A stretch of DNA of 64,000 bases, taken from positions 1-64,000 of IMG/VR virus record IMGVR_UViG_3300046002_004036. One strand, given 5' to 3'. The DNA comes from a virus. Both the position numbers and the translations under genes were made by a program. Below are positions 1 through 7,691 of the stretch, in pieces; the first letter of the stretch is position 1, and each line of letters opens with the position of its first letter. The notes under the pieces were generated by a model. The model had not been told where the DNA came from, ran no database searches, and saw only the letters and a program-made list of their open reading frames with translations.

Positions 1-80
1 ATAGATCCTGATTGCATATGCGGTCTTGGTGCTGTTATTAATATCGGGGTATCAGACGGCAACGCCCCTATAATCACAGA

Positions 81-96
81 TGTGAGCAAGGTCACA
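81..96. promoter_or_regulatory. CRP/GlxR-type palindromic site TGTGA-N6-TCACA
   Basis: TGTGAgcaaggTCACA is a perfect consensus, 10 bp upstream of a promoter -35. Confidence 0.6.
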
Positions 97-106
97 CCCT
101 CAAATG

Positions 107-135
107 TTGTAAAAATCAACACCAACCCCTATAAT
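107..135 (+). promoter_or_regulatory. housekeeping-sigma promoter
   Basis: TTGTAA-17-TATAAT, followed by AAGGAG RBS and ATG at 164. Confidence 0.7.
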
Positions 136-163
136 TAGTATATAACCTAAAAAGGAGACCCAA

Positions 164-340
164 ATGGCAACATATGATGTAAAAGTAGTTGTAGAATATT
201 TCTACGAAGTTGAAGCAGAAAATGATTCAGAGGCAATTGACCTTGGCTGGAAGTATGAAGATTATCAGCACTTTGGCGAAGTCTATTCAATTGATGTAAC
301 AGAACAAGAAGAGTCTGAGTCAGACGAAGAAGTAATCTAA
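164..340 (+). CDS. small acidic hypothetical protein (58 aa)
   Basis: MATYDVKVVVEYFYEVEAE...; AAGGAG RBS; TAATG overlap with next gene; absent from ORF track. Confidence 0.85.
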   Translation: MATYDVKVVVEYFYEVEAENDSEAIDLGWKYEDYQHFGEVYSIDVTEQEESESDEEVI

Positions 341-600
341 TGAATACTTTTATTGAATATATGAAGATTCATTTGAAATCAGGAACTGATATCCTACATG
401 GTGAACTAAAAAACCTAATACTAGTTGCAGAGCAAGAATATGAAGAACTAGTTGCTGAGGAAAAAGACGGTGACTATGGAGACGCAATGCTTTCTATGCA
501 ACGCACAGAGGCAAGCGGAAGGCTTGACGCTTTTGTAGAAGTATATAATCTAACATACCAACTAGCATTTGCAATTGCAGAAAGGAAAAAAAATGCCTAA
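340..600 (+). CDS. hypothetical protein
   Basis: ORF translationally coupled to neighbours. Confidence 0.85.
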   Translation: MNTFIEYMKIHLKSGTDILHGELKNLILVAEQEYEELVAEEKDGDYGDAMLSMQRTEASGRLDAFVEVYNLTYQLAFAIAERKKNA

Positions 601-772
601 GTGCCTAAATTGCGGGAACACTAGTAAGTTTACTTATATGGAGAACAGTTACAACGAAGCAGAGTACGATGAGGCTGGAGAACTTATAGATGTGTTCTAT
701 AAGGAATATCATGAACTTGAGGAAGTCACTTGCAAGGAGTGCTATTCTAGCGATGTTCAAGGGAAGTTCTAA
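593..772 (+). CDS. small zinc-ribbon protein
   Basis: MPKCLNCG...CKECYS; AAGGA RBS before ATG 593. Confidence 0.8.
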   Translation: MPKCLNCGNTSKFTYMENSYNEAEYDEAGELIDVFYKEYHELEEVTCKECYSSDVQGKF

Positions 773-1209
773 TGTCTACTAATCTTGTTGACTTCATTGA
801 AATGGATTTTGATGAGTGGTGTGATACATATAAACCAATCACTAATAACATAGACACTAATGCTTCCTTCAATGGAACTATGTTTGAGACATATGGAGAA
901 GAAGTTGCTTTTGTAAAGAAGGCTGACCCTGCCTACATATGGATGTATGGTGATGGAGACGACGGTGGGTCTTATATCTGGAATGGATGGGGCTTTGTAA
1001 ATCGTATTGGTTATTTTATTACTGAAGTTCCTTGTCCCCCCAATTTAGACATACAAGTAAAAGTCAGTTCATACTGGTTTTATTGCGAAGGCTGTGAAGC
1101 AGAGTTTGAAGACGATGGTCAGGTAATCAATGAGAAATACTATGATTTGGGTTTTTGCCCAAAATGTGCTACAGTAGAACAAACCAAACAATTAGAGGAG
1201 AACGAATGA
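772..1209 (+). CDS. hypothetical protein with C-terminal zinc ribbon
   Basis: CEGC...CPKC; TAATG overlap. Confidence 0.85.
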   Translation: MSTNLVDFIEMDFDEWCDTYKPITNNIDTNASFNGTMFETYGEEVAFVKKADPAYIWMYGDGDDGGSYIWNGWGFVNRIGYFITEVPCPPNLDIQVKVSSYWFYCEGCEAEFEDDGQVINEKYYDLGFCPKCATVEQTKQLEENE

Positions 1210-1541
1210 CCACCACGCTATTATCAGGACTAACATATGCAGGCTCTTTTGCAGTTGACTCAGGGCAAGCCATGGTAGGTGACCCCTGTTATCTAGATAA
1301 GTTTGAGAACTGGGAAAATGGAACAGAGTTTGCCCATGAGGAAAATGCTGGCAAGTATAGTTATCTTGGCGCTTGCGGTGTAACTCTCAAAGACGGCTAT
1401 GGCGTTCTTGGTTCTGCAGACGCCGTTGTATTCTCCACGGGATATGGAGACGGGCTCTATCCTGTCTATGTAAAACTAAATTCTGACGGACGAGTTGGAA
1501 TGGTTGTAATTGACTTTGACGGAGAACTTGATGAAGAGTGA
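1206..1541 (+). CDS. DUF4241-like hypothetical protein
   Basis: VDSGQAMVGDPCY and STGYGDGLYPV motifs; ATGA overlap. Confidence 0.7.
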   Translation: MTTTLLSGLTYAGSFAVDSGQAMVGDPCYLDKFENWENGTEFAHEENAGKYSYLGACGVTLKDGYGVLGSADAVVFSTGYGDGLYPVYVKLNSDGRVGMVVIDFDGELDEE

Positions 1542-1824
1542 TGATAAAGATAAACTAAATAAATGCTTAGAGATTCTTGATACCACCGATCTTGGCCTAT
1601 CTATGGTCTGGTTGTGGACTTGGAGTACAATTAGCAACATCCTAGAGGATGAAACACATGAAGCCACAGTTACCATGGACGACATGTGGGAACACCTAGG
1701 AGAGGCTGTAAAGGCTGGGCAAGGCTTCTCACTAGAGTATGGGGCCGAACAACATCAGGAAGAAGTCTTTGAATGGATGATAAATCGTGGCTACATTGTA
1801 GACCTAGGGGATGAAGATGAATAA
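1531..1824 (+). CDS. hypothetical protein
   Basis: GGAG RBS before ATG 1531. Confidence 0.8.
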   Translation: MKSDDKDKLNKCLEILDTTDLGLSMVWLWTWSTISNILEDETHEATVTMDDMWEHLGEAVKAGQGFSLEYGAEQHQEEVFEWMINRGYIVDLGDEDE

Positions 1825-1890
1825 TTGGACACAACCTTCGTTATTTGATACAATTGAAGAAACCACCTACGACCTAAAGGAGCAGCAATA

Positions 1891-2241
1891 ATGGGAGCAC
1901 GAGTAAATTTTGTATTCAAGGATGACACGGACCATGCAGTTGTACTATATTCACACTGGGGTGCCGATACTTGGAAGTATGACATTGCTAATGCAATCAA
2001 TCATGCCGCTCCACGTATCAAGTTGGAAGACACATCATATGCCACCCGCATGATGATTAGTTATCTTATGTCTGAGAGCATTCTCAATGAGCACGGCTAT
2101 GGCCTTTTTGCTATCAATCCGTCTGACATTGAACCATATGATGAGACTGTCATTATTGACATGACTAATAAGACTGTTGATAATGTAGAATTTTCAGAGT
2201 TTGTAAACCAATCGTTTTTGGCTGAGCAAGTGAGAGGGTAG
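1891..2241 (+). CDS. hypothetical phage protein
   Basis: MGARVNF...LYSHWG; AAGGAG RBS; upstream TGGACA-17-TACAAT promoter. Confidence 0.85.
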   Translation: MGARVNFVFKDDTDHAVVLYSHWGADTWKYDIANAINHAAPRIKLEDTSYATRMMISYLMSESILNEHGYGLFAINPSDIEPYDETVIIDMTNKTVDNVEFSEFVNQSFLAEQVRG

Positions 2242-2259
2242 GGTCACCCTGTTCACATA

Positions 2260-2311
2260 GTGAGATGGGGTCAGGTCTTGTGGTGGGAACTTGACCCCAC
2301 TCACACTTTTT
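2260..2311 (+). terminator. intrinsic terminator overlapping next promoter
   Basis: GTGAG-TGGGGTCAG...TTGACCCCA-CTCAC stem plus T-run; 3' arm supplies TTGACC-17-TAGAAT for gene 2325. Confidence 0.6.
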
Positions 2312-2324
2312 GGTAGAATGGAGT

Positions 2325-2564
2325 ATGATGTCTAGAGGCTTTCACCTAAGAGCAAGCAAGGAAGAAAAGGTTGCCATAAGCATTGGCAAATTGATTTCTG
2401 ACTTTAGCCTTGATTTAGAGGCAGTTGGAAAATACTTAGCAACAAGTACTTCATATGTAGTTTATGCACGGGTACTTGAAATATTAGAAGCAACAGAGTA
2501 CAATAAACAAGTAGCAGAATACAGAGAGATAGGAAAATATTATGCCAACGACATTTTCAAATAA
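2325..2564 (+). CDS. hypothetical protein
   Basis: ORF starting just after a -10 box. Confidence 0.8.
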   Translation: MMSRGFHLRASKEEKVAISIGKLISDFSLDLEAVGKYLATSTSYVVYARVLEILEATEYNKQVAEYREIGKYYANDIFK

Positions 2565-2811
2565 AGTAGCAATCCTTGCTGACCTATTTGTAAACTATGC
2601 TAACGACCCAGAGTTTGAAGATTTTATTGAATACAATGATTTAGGTTTGCCACTTGCACATTTAGCAAGTCAAGGTTTATCTGAAATAACAGATGAAGGC
2701 GAAGGATACATTGAAGAAACTTGGTTGTTATTTCTTGAAGCATTTGGTGTTCAAGATTTAGGGTTTCAAACACTTGATGAATTTTTGAGCCGTATCATTC
2801 CTACAGAATAA
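2542..2811 (+). CDS. hypothetical protein, paralogue of 20903..21202
   Basis: shared FEDFIxYNDLGLPLA...GYIEETW. Confidence 0.85.
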   Translation: MPTTFSNKVAILADLFVNYANDPEFEDFIEYNDLGLPLAHLASQGLSEITDEGEGYIEETWLLFLEAFGVQDLGFQTLDEFLSRIIPTE

Positions 2812-3307
2812 TGTGATCTGCCCTTGCCGCATCATAGCGGTGGGGGCGGCCCGGCAATTCAGACAATTCAGACATTTAGGGCAAACCTTCCAAACCTTAT
2901 TTTGGCCAAACCTTATTACGAGGACATGTCAAAAATCCCTGAACTATTTTTCATAAAAGACATTACGATGGTTTGTCAAAAATCCCTGGAGTATATCACC
3001 AAACCTTATATCTGTCAAACCATCAAACCAGAAGATAAGGTTTGTATATTACCTATAGCTGTAATTGTATTGTGATCTCTATTTTATATCCCCCGCTCCG
3101 GCCTGTCTGCCAGGATAGTTAAACATTGTGCGGCGGGGGATTACGAAGATCATACCAATTCCCCCAGTATAACTACATACAAAACCTTCAAACCTTTTTG
3201 CTGGTTTTTAGAATATTATCCAAACCTTTCTATATTTTTTCCTGGTTTTCTATATATTTATTGGACATTTTGCAGCATTTTGTATAGGGTTTTTTATCTA
3301 TAAAGGT

Positions 3308-3336
3308 TTGACAAATAGAGGTTTGTAGGGTATAAT
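3308..3336 (+). promoter_or_regulatory. consensus promoter firing into non-coding DNA
   Basis: TTGACA-17-TATAAT. Confidence 0.8.
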
Positions 3337-3496
3337 CCGCATGCAGGATATGAGGTTTGACAATTGGAAGGTTTTGTGATAGGAGGTTTGGGCCGTTAGA
3401 CATTACGAACCCATCTGTCTAACATGTTCAATACTCCACTTCCCTCCACTTTCCTCCACTTTGGGATAGATCTAAAAAATATCAGTAACATATATC

Positions 3497-3593
3497 TGTG
3501 GATAAACCTGTGGATAACTATGCCAAACCACCATATCAAACCAGAAATATCAAACCTTTGCCTGTGGATAACTAAAATTTGACATGTGGATAA
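3497..3593 (-). repeat. four DnaA boxes (TTATCCACA)
   Basis: TGTGGATAA at 3497, 3509, 3563, 3585. Confidence 0.75.
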
Positions 3594-3614
3594 CTCTTGT
3601 GATATTCTAGATAT

Positions 3615-3803
3615 ATGGTAAATCTCAGAGGTATCCCAACACCTGTTTGTCCTTGTTGTGGATCAAGTTTATTACGAGTAACAGTTCAATTTGATCAAGA
3701 AACCTATGAGATCGCAGGGTATCTATTAGATGATGCTCAGTGTATGGAATGTAAATGTCTTATCACAGCACCTACTCCATTAGACCATCCAGACTATGTA
3801 TAG
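3615..3803 (+). CDS. small zinc-finger protein, leaderless
   Basis: CPCCG...CMEC; TTGACA-18-TATTCT-N6-ATG. Confidence 0.8.
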   Translation: MVNLRGIPTPVCPCCGSSLLRVTVQFDQETYEIAGYLLDDAQCMECKCLITAPTPLDHPDYV

Positions 3804-3992
3804 CCTATAAAACCAGGGGATAAATAACTCTGGCATATGGGGATATAATGGCTATATGGACCTGATCATATTCTGCGCTATCCCCTATATCCTTAGTCTA
3901 TCTCTGGTATTGTATATATGGCGTAATGTTTAGTTATACTGGTATTACGAGCATCCTTTGAATTCCCCCGCAAAATTTGATATAATTAATCT

Positions 3993-4619
3993 ATGACCCA
4001 CTATATCCCATTTGGCAAAAACTGTGCAGTTGCTTTGATTTTAAGACAAGCAGGACTAAGACAAGAAAGCCTTCCATTTGATTGGGTTCTGGGTGAGCCA
4101 CAGCATATAAAAAGATCACTTGATGTAAGGTTTGAAGACTGGTTTAGCGATGAAGCAACTATAGAAATAGATTATGATAAAGGCATAGAACTTATAAATG
4201 AAAATGAAGTTAAAGGTATTGGCACTGTTCACCCTAATTATTATATTCATAAAACACTTATGCCTAATGGAACATTTTTTACACATATGAATATGACAGA
4301 CCCAGATGTTAGAAAAACCATGAAAAAACGAATTGATCGCTTTTATAGTATTATTGACTCAGATGAGCCTATTGTATTTGTATCTTCCATTCCATATAAA
4401 ATCTTAAATGAATACGGACTAATAGATTATTTTGATAGAGATGTAAAATTTTTATTATTTAGATGGAAACAAAGCGGTGCCAAACCAGCTGTGCTTAATA
4501 AATTTATTAATTATAATGTGTTAACTTATACGGGTCCTACTGCATTTAATCAAACCGCTATAGACAATGCTGTTTCTGTATTGACTTCCCCAGAATTCTC
4601 CGATATACTTAAAATGTGA
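3993..4619 (+). CDS. DUF1796-like putative papain-like peptidase
   Basis: FGKNCAVA...LRQESLPFDW...RIDRF motif. Confidence 0.7.
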   Translation: MTHYIPFGKNCAVALILRQAGLRQESLPFDWVLGEPQHIKRSLDVRFEDWFSDEATIEIDYDKGIELINENEVKGIGTVHPNYYIHKTLMPNGTFFTHMNMTDPDVRKTMKKRIDRFYSIIDSDEPIVFVSSIPYKILNEYGLIDYFDRDVKFLLFRWKQSGAKPAVLNKFINYNVLTYTGPTAFNQTAIDNAVSVLTSPEFSDILKM

Positions 4620-4738
4620 ACAATCATAATTGTGATTTTAGATTAGACCTAGATGGGCAGATAACCTGTGCCATTTGTGGCGCAATGGATGACGATATGA
4701 AACCAGATATATTTGAGAGCCAGGTAGACTTTGAATAA
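4616..4738 (+). CDS. Cys/His microprotein (40 aa)
   Basis: GTG start overlaps upstream TGA; MNNHNCDF...TCAICGAMDD. Confidence 0.65.
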   Translation: MNNHNCDFRLDLDGQITCAICGAMDDDMKPDIFESQVDFE

Positions 4739-4835
4739 GAACGAATGTAAATTATGTGGTATATCACATAAAGATCCCCTATTTTGGGAGACTCATCAAA
4801 CCATGTCAGATGGAAATATTTGGTGTGCTCGTTGA
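4731..4835 (+). CDS. Cys/His microprotein (34 aa)
   Basis: TTG start; ECKLCGISH...H...WCAR; 8-nt overlap. Confidence 0.55.
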   Translation: MNKNECKLCGISHKDPLFWETHQTMSDGNIWCAR

Positions 4836-4936
4836 AAGAATGTAGCCATACTTGGTATATGAGGCAAGATGGTATAACTTGTACTAAGTGTTTGACATTG
4901 TGGGATAAGAGCTTAGACCAGGATATTAACCGATAG
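4832..4936 (+). CDS. Cys/His microprotein (34 aa)
   Basis: TTGA overlap; ECSHTW...TCTKC. Confidence 0.6.
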   Translation: MKECSHTWYMRQDGITCTKCLTLWDKSLDQDINR

Positions 4937-4977
4937 TGCACCTTTGGTGCATATTGAGGTTTGTAACCTCTTATCGG
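4930..4977. other. three-way-junction structure at convergent gene junction
   Basis: CCGATAG/TTATCGG closing TGCACC/GGTGCA and GAGGTT/AACCTC hairpins. Confidence 0.45.
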
Positions 4978-5020
4978 CGCGGAACTTTAAAACCTATTTT
5001 GCGGAGAACTTAAAAGATTA

Positions 5021-5254
5021 TTAAGAAATATTACCAGGGCCAACAATTGATCCAGGTCCACCAATTGATTTAGGCATGTTATAGATTTCCCAACGGGCGT
5101 CCCCAGGAGGATATCCAGTATTTCCTGGGTCTGAAACTCTAATATAGTATACCCCAACAGACCCGTACGGATTTCCATCAGTAAGGACTATATCCCCTAT
5201 TCCGTAGGCTCCTCCATTGCTATAGAAGCCTTGATAATTTGGTGGTGTTGGCAT
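5021..5254 (-). CDS. small protein, CBM5/12-like domain plus C-terminal GPG tag
   Basis: YxxGDIV...YY...PPGDARW pattern; leaderless TATACT-N6-ATG. Confidence 0.75.
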   Translation of the reverse strand: MPTPPNYQGFYSNGGAYGIGDIVLTDGNPYGSVGVYYIRVSDPGNTGYPPGDARWEIYNMPKSIGGPGSIVGPGNIS

Positions 5255-5273
5255 AAACTAAGTATATCACAAT

Positions 5274-5852
5274 TTAAATAAAATCAATATTTAATACTAT
5301 TCTTTCTTCTGCATTAATAGGTGAAGAAGATGCGTGATAGGTTAGCCCATCAAAGACAATAGCAGCACCAGATTTTGGGGTTATCCTGTTATTAACTGTC
5401 AATATTGGGGTTTCTTCAGGAACATATTTTTCATCAAAAAATACTGTATCACCGTCTGAGTCGTTTACATAATACAAGAAAACCATGTGTGGTCTTGTCA
5501 TATCTACATGGGGTGGGTGTATATGATCTTGTTTATCTGTTTTGTTTAAGATATTTGCTTTGATTCGTAAGGTTTCTTTTATCTCTATCCCGTGTTTTTT
5601 AGCAAAAATGTTTAGGATATTCCTGCCAATATCATGGATATCTGACATCTTTGTGTTATTAAAAGATGCTGCATGAGAATGTTGTTTATCCTCTGATATT
5701 GTTATGTTGTTATTTTTTAACTTTGGATATTGACGTATACCGCTTGTATTTTCAAGGGTATGCCAAATAATATCTTTATTGTCTTTTGTGACTGCTTGAC
5801 TTACTTCAAGAATTTGTTCTAAACTTAAAAAGTTATCATCATAGATAAACAT
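5274..5852 (-). CDS. 2OG-Fe(II) oxygenase
   Basis: HxD (PHVD), YYVNDSDGDT, YH...R-IVLN motifs. Confidence 0.9.
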   Translation of the reverse strand: MFIYDDNFLSLEQILEVSQAVTKDNKDIIWHTLENTSGIRQYPKLKNNNITISEDKQHSHAASFNNTKMSDIHDIGRNILNIFAKKHGIEIKETLRIKANILNKTDKQDHIHPPHVDMTRPHMVFLYYVNDSDGDTVFFDEKYVPEETPILTVNNRITPKSGAAIVFDGLTYHASSSPINAEERIVLNIDFI

Positions 5853-5861
5853 TTTTATATT

Positions 5862-6254
5862 TTAGGAATTCCAGTTCCATGTATGATCATACTTTTCGTA
5901 GGCATGAGTTCCATTAAGGCCATGTGTACTAATAAAAGCAGCAAATCCAGATACGTCAACAATTGTCTGGCTTACTCTCATAACTGTAAATGTCTGACCA
6001 TTCATTGCTGTATTATCACCGACAAGTCCGCTAACTGTTATTAGAAGTGGAGTGCTTTCTGGCATATAATCTGTTAAGTATGGAGGAAAAGAGTTATTAA
6101 AATACATTGTATTGTTGGTAAATTGTGCGTCATAGCCAACATCATTGAGGTTAACTGTTGATATACTTAGAGTTCTGGCAAATGTTGCTCCTGCGTTACC
6201 CATAATGTTACCTGGTCCTAAGATTGATCCTGGACCTAAAATTGATTTACTCAT
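5862..6254 (-). CDS. hypothetical protein with N-terminal GPG tag
   Basis: AAGGAG RBS; MSKSILGPGSILGPGNI. Confidence 0.85.
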   Translation of the reverse strand: MSKSILGPGSILGPGNIMGNAGATFARTLSISTVNLNDVGYDAQFTNNTMYFNNSFPPYLTDYMPESTPLLITVSGLVGDNTAMNGQTFTVMRVSQTIVDVSGFAAFISTHGLNGTHAYEKYDHTWNWNS

Positions 6255-6333
6255 GGAACTCTCCTTTAATTAATAAACTTATTATATCATTCTTTTATTT
6301 GACAATACCCTGCCAAAAAGGTATACTTAATGT

Positions 6334-6495
6334 ATGAGCCTAGATGATATGATGTTAAAAAAAGAAATAGCAGAACTATTAGATAAAGAATCCTATCGTA
6401 TATGGGACACTGCTAAAGTAATTAAAAATCAAGACTACCATGATGGGGTAGTCAAAGGTCTTAAAATGGCTGCCCAGTTTGTATCAAAACTATGA
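6334..6495 (+). CDS. small hypothetical protein, leaderless
   Basis: TTGACA-17-TATACT-N6-ATG; ATGA overlap downstream. Confidence 0.75.
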   Translation: MSLDDMMLKKEIAELLDKESYRIWDTAKVIKNQDYHDGVVKGLKMAAQFVSKL

Positions 6496-6698
6496 TTAAT
6501 ATGGATATTCCAGATCCATTCCAAACCTTTGTAACTAAGAAATATGCAAACTATAAAGGTATGCTTTATGATTTTTTTGCAAGGGAATGGACTGGTAAAT
6601 GTTATTGTTGTAATTTAGACCTTTATGCCCCGACTAAAAAAGAGTATACTAATAACAGGCTATACCATACAAGAAATGAGTGCACTGGTGGATACTGA
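6492..6698 (+). CDS. small zinc-binding protein
   Basis: CYCC...H...C. Confidence 0.75.
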   Translation: MINMDIPDPFQTFVTKKYANYKGMLYDFFAREWTGKCYCCNLDLYAPTKKEYTNNRLYHTRNECTGGY

Positions 6699-6810
6699 AC
6701 AAACCTTTGATGATGAGTTTAATTTAGATGAGATTACTAAAGCTATTGTAGATAATGCTAAAGCTCAGGTTAAGGCTAACTATAGCAATAAGAAACGGCA
6801 TAAACAATGA
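6688..6810 (+). CDS. microprotein
   Basis: probable GTG start; coupled to neighbours. Confidence 0.6.
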   Translation: MDTEQTFDDEFNLDEITKAIVDNAKAQVKANYSNKKRHKQ

Positions 6811-6923
6811 CAGGTATCACATGTGTAAACTGTTATGTTGCTGACGCTACTCAGGCATTACGAAGTGGTGTATATTGTGCAGAGTGCTATACTGATATGA
6901 TAAAGGGGGTTACAAATGATTAA
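6807..6923 (+). CDS. zinc-finger microprotein (38 aa)
   Basis: MTGITCVNC...YCAEC; ATGA overlap. Confidence 0.7.
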   Translation: MTGITCVNCYVADATQALRSGVYCAECYTDMIKGVTND

Positions 6924-7005
6924 TGTTTTATTTCTTCTTCCCACATTTTTTGCAGGGTATATAGTATGCTATATTTCTATGACATATAAGGTTGACCAAG
7001 ATTAA
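6916..7005 (+). CDS. single-TM microprotein (29 aa)
   Basis: AAGGGGG RBS; MINVLFLLPTFFAGYIVCYI. Confidence 0.6.
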   Translation: MINVLFLLPTFFAGYIVCYISMTYKVDQD

Positions 7006-7064
7006 AGAGCCACGCATTATGCAAATGGACTGGAAAGCCCTAGGCTATGAAAGGCAGTATAAAA

Positions 7065-7340
7065 ATGGAAGACTTAGATGGGTACCTAAAGAGGTTTACC
7101 AAGCAACACAAGACCAAGATACTACCACTGAGGTGGATAGCAAACCTTTGTGAAAAGCCTGCTCACTATCATTTAGATTGGGCTTTACACTATAGTGATC
7201 ATGATGATTATGGGTTTGTTTATAAATACCACGCAATTTTGTCTAATTGGTTTTATAAGCCTTACCTTAAGTGGGGAACTGTTTATAGGTTAGATGTTGA
7301 TAAGCCAAGTGTAATGGGTAAATCTTGGGATAAAGAATGA
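7065..7340 (+). CDS. hypothetical protein
   Basis: ORF; start uncertain (7047 or 7065). Confidence 0.65.
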   Translation: MEDLDGYLKRFTKQHKTKILPLRWIANLCEKPAHYHLDWALHYSDHDDYGFVYKYHAILSNWFYKPYLKWGTVYRLDVDKPSVMGKSWDKE

Positions 7341-7373
7341 TATAATATAGTTATTCTAACAAAGGACTAACTG

Positions 7374-7691
7374 ATGGGTCGCAAAGATTTTCCAGAGGCA
7401 TCTATCTCATCAACTAATTCTTCAATTAATACAAGTCAAACTTTAACTGCAGGAGTTAGATACTTTGTAGATACTTCTGCTGCAAGAACTTTAACTCTTC
7501 CTTCTACTCCAAATGTGGGGGATCAAATTGAAGTATTTGATGCAACAGGAACAACAGCAACGTATAATATAACAATAGTTCCAGATGGTCTTAAAATAAA
7601 CGGAGCAGTTCAAAATTACATAATTGATGTTAATGGTGCAGCAACAACACTGACATACACAGGCTCAACATATGGATGGAAGGCAAGATAA
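7374..7691 (+). CDS. small virion-appendage/tail-fibre-type beta protein
   Basis: YFVDTSAARTLTLPSTPNVGD...YTGSTYGW motif; own TGATATAAT promoter and RBS. Confidence 0.75.
   Translation: MGRKDFPEASISSTNSSINTSQTLTAGVRYFVDTSAARTLTLPSTPNVGDQIEVFDATGTTATYNITIVPDGLKINGAVQNYIIDVNGAATTLTYTGSTYGWKAR

Larger units (their letters stand above)
2812..3610. other. non-coding control region, candidate replication origin or genome-end region
   Basis: no credible long ORF; AAACC/GGTTT repeats, ATTACGA repeats, AT-rich core, DnaA boxes. Confidence 0.55.

Noticed and set aside
2824-3075. 83-aa ORF in the control region
   Set aside because: TTG start without RBS; its sequence merely reflects the AAACC repeats.
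4624-4941. 105-aa - strand ORF
   Set aside because: Antisense shadow of three coupled + strand microproteins.
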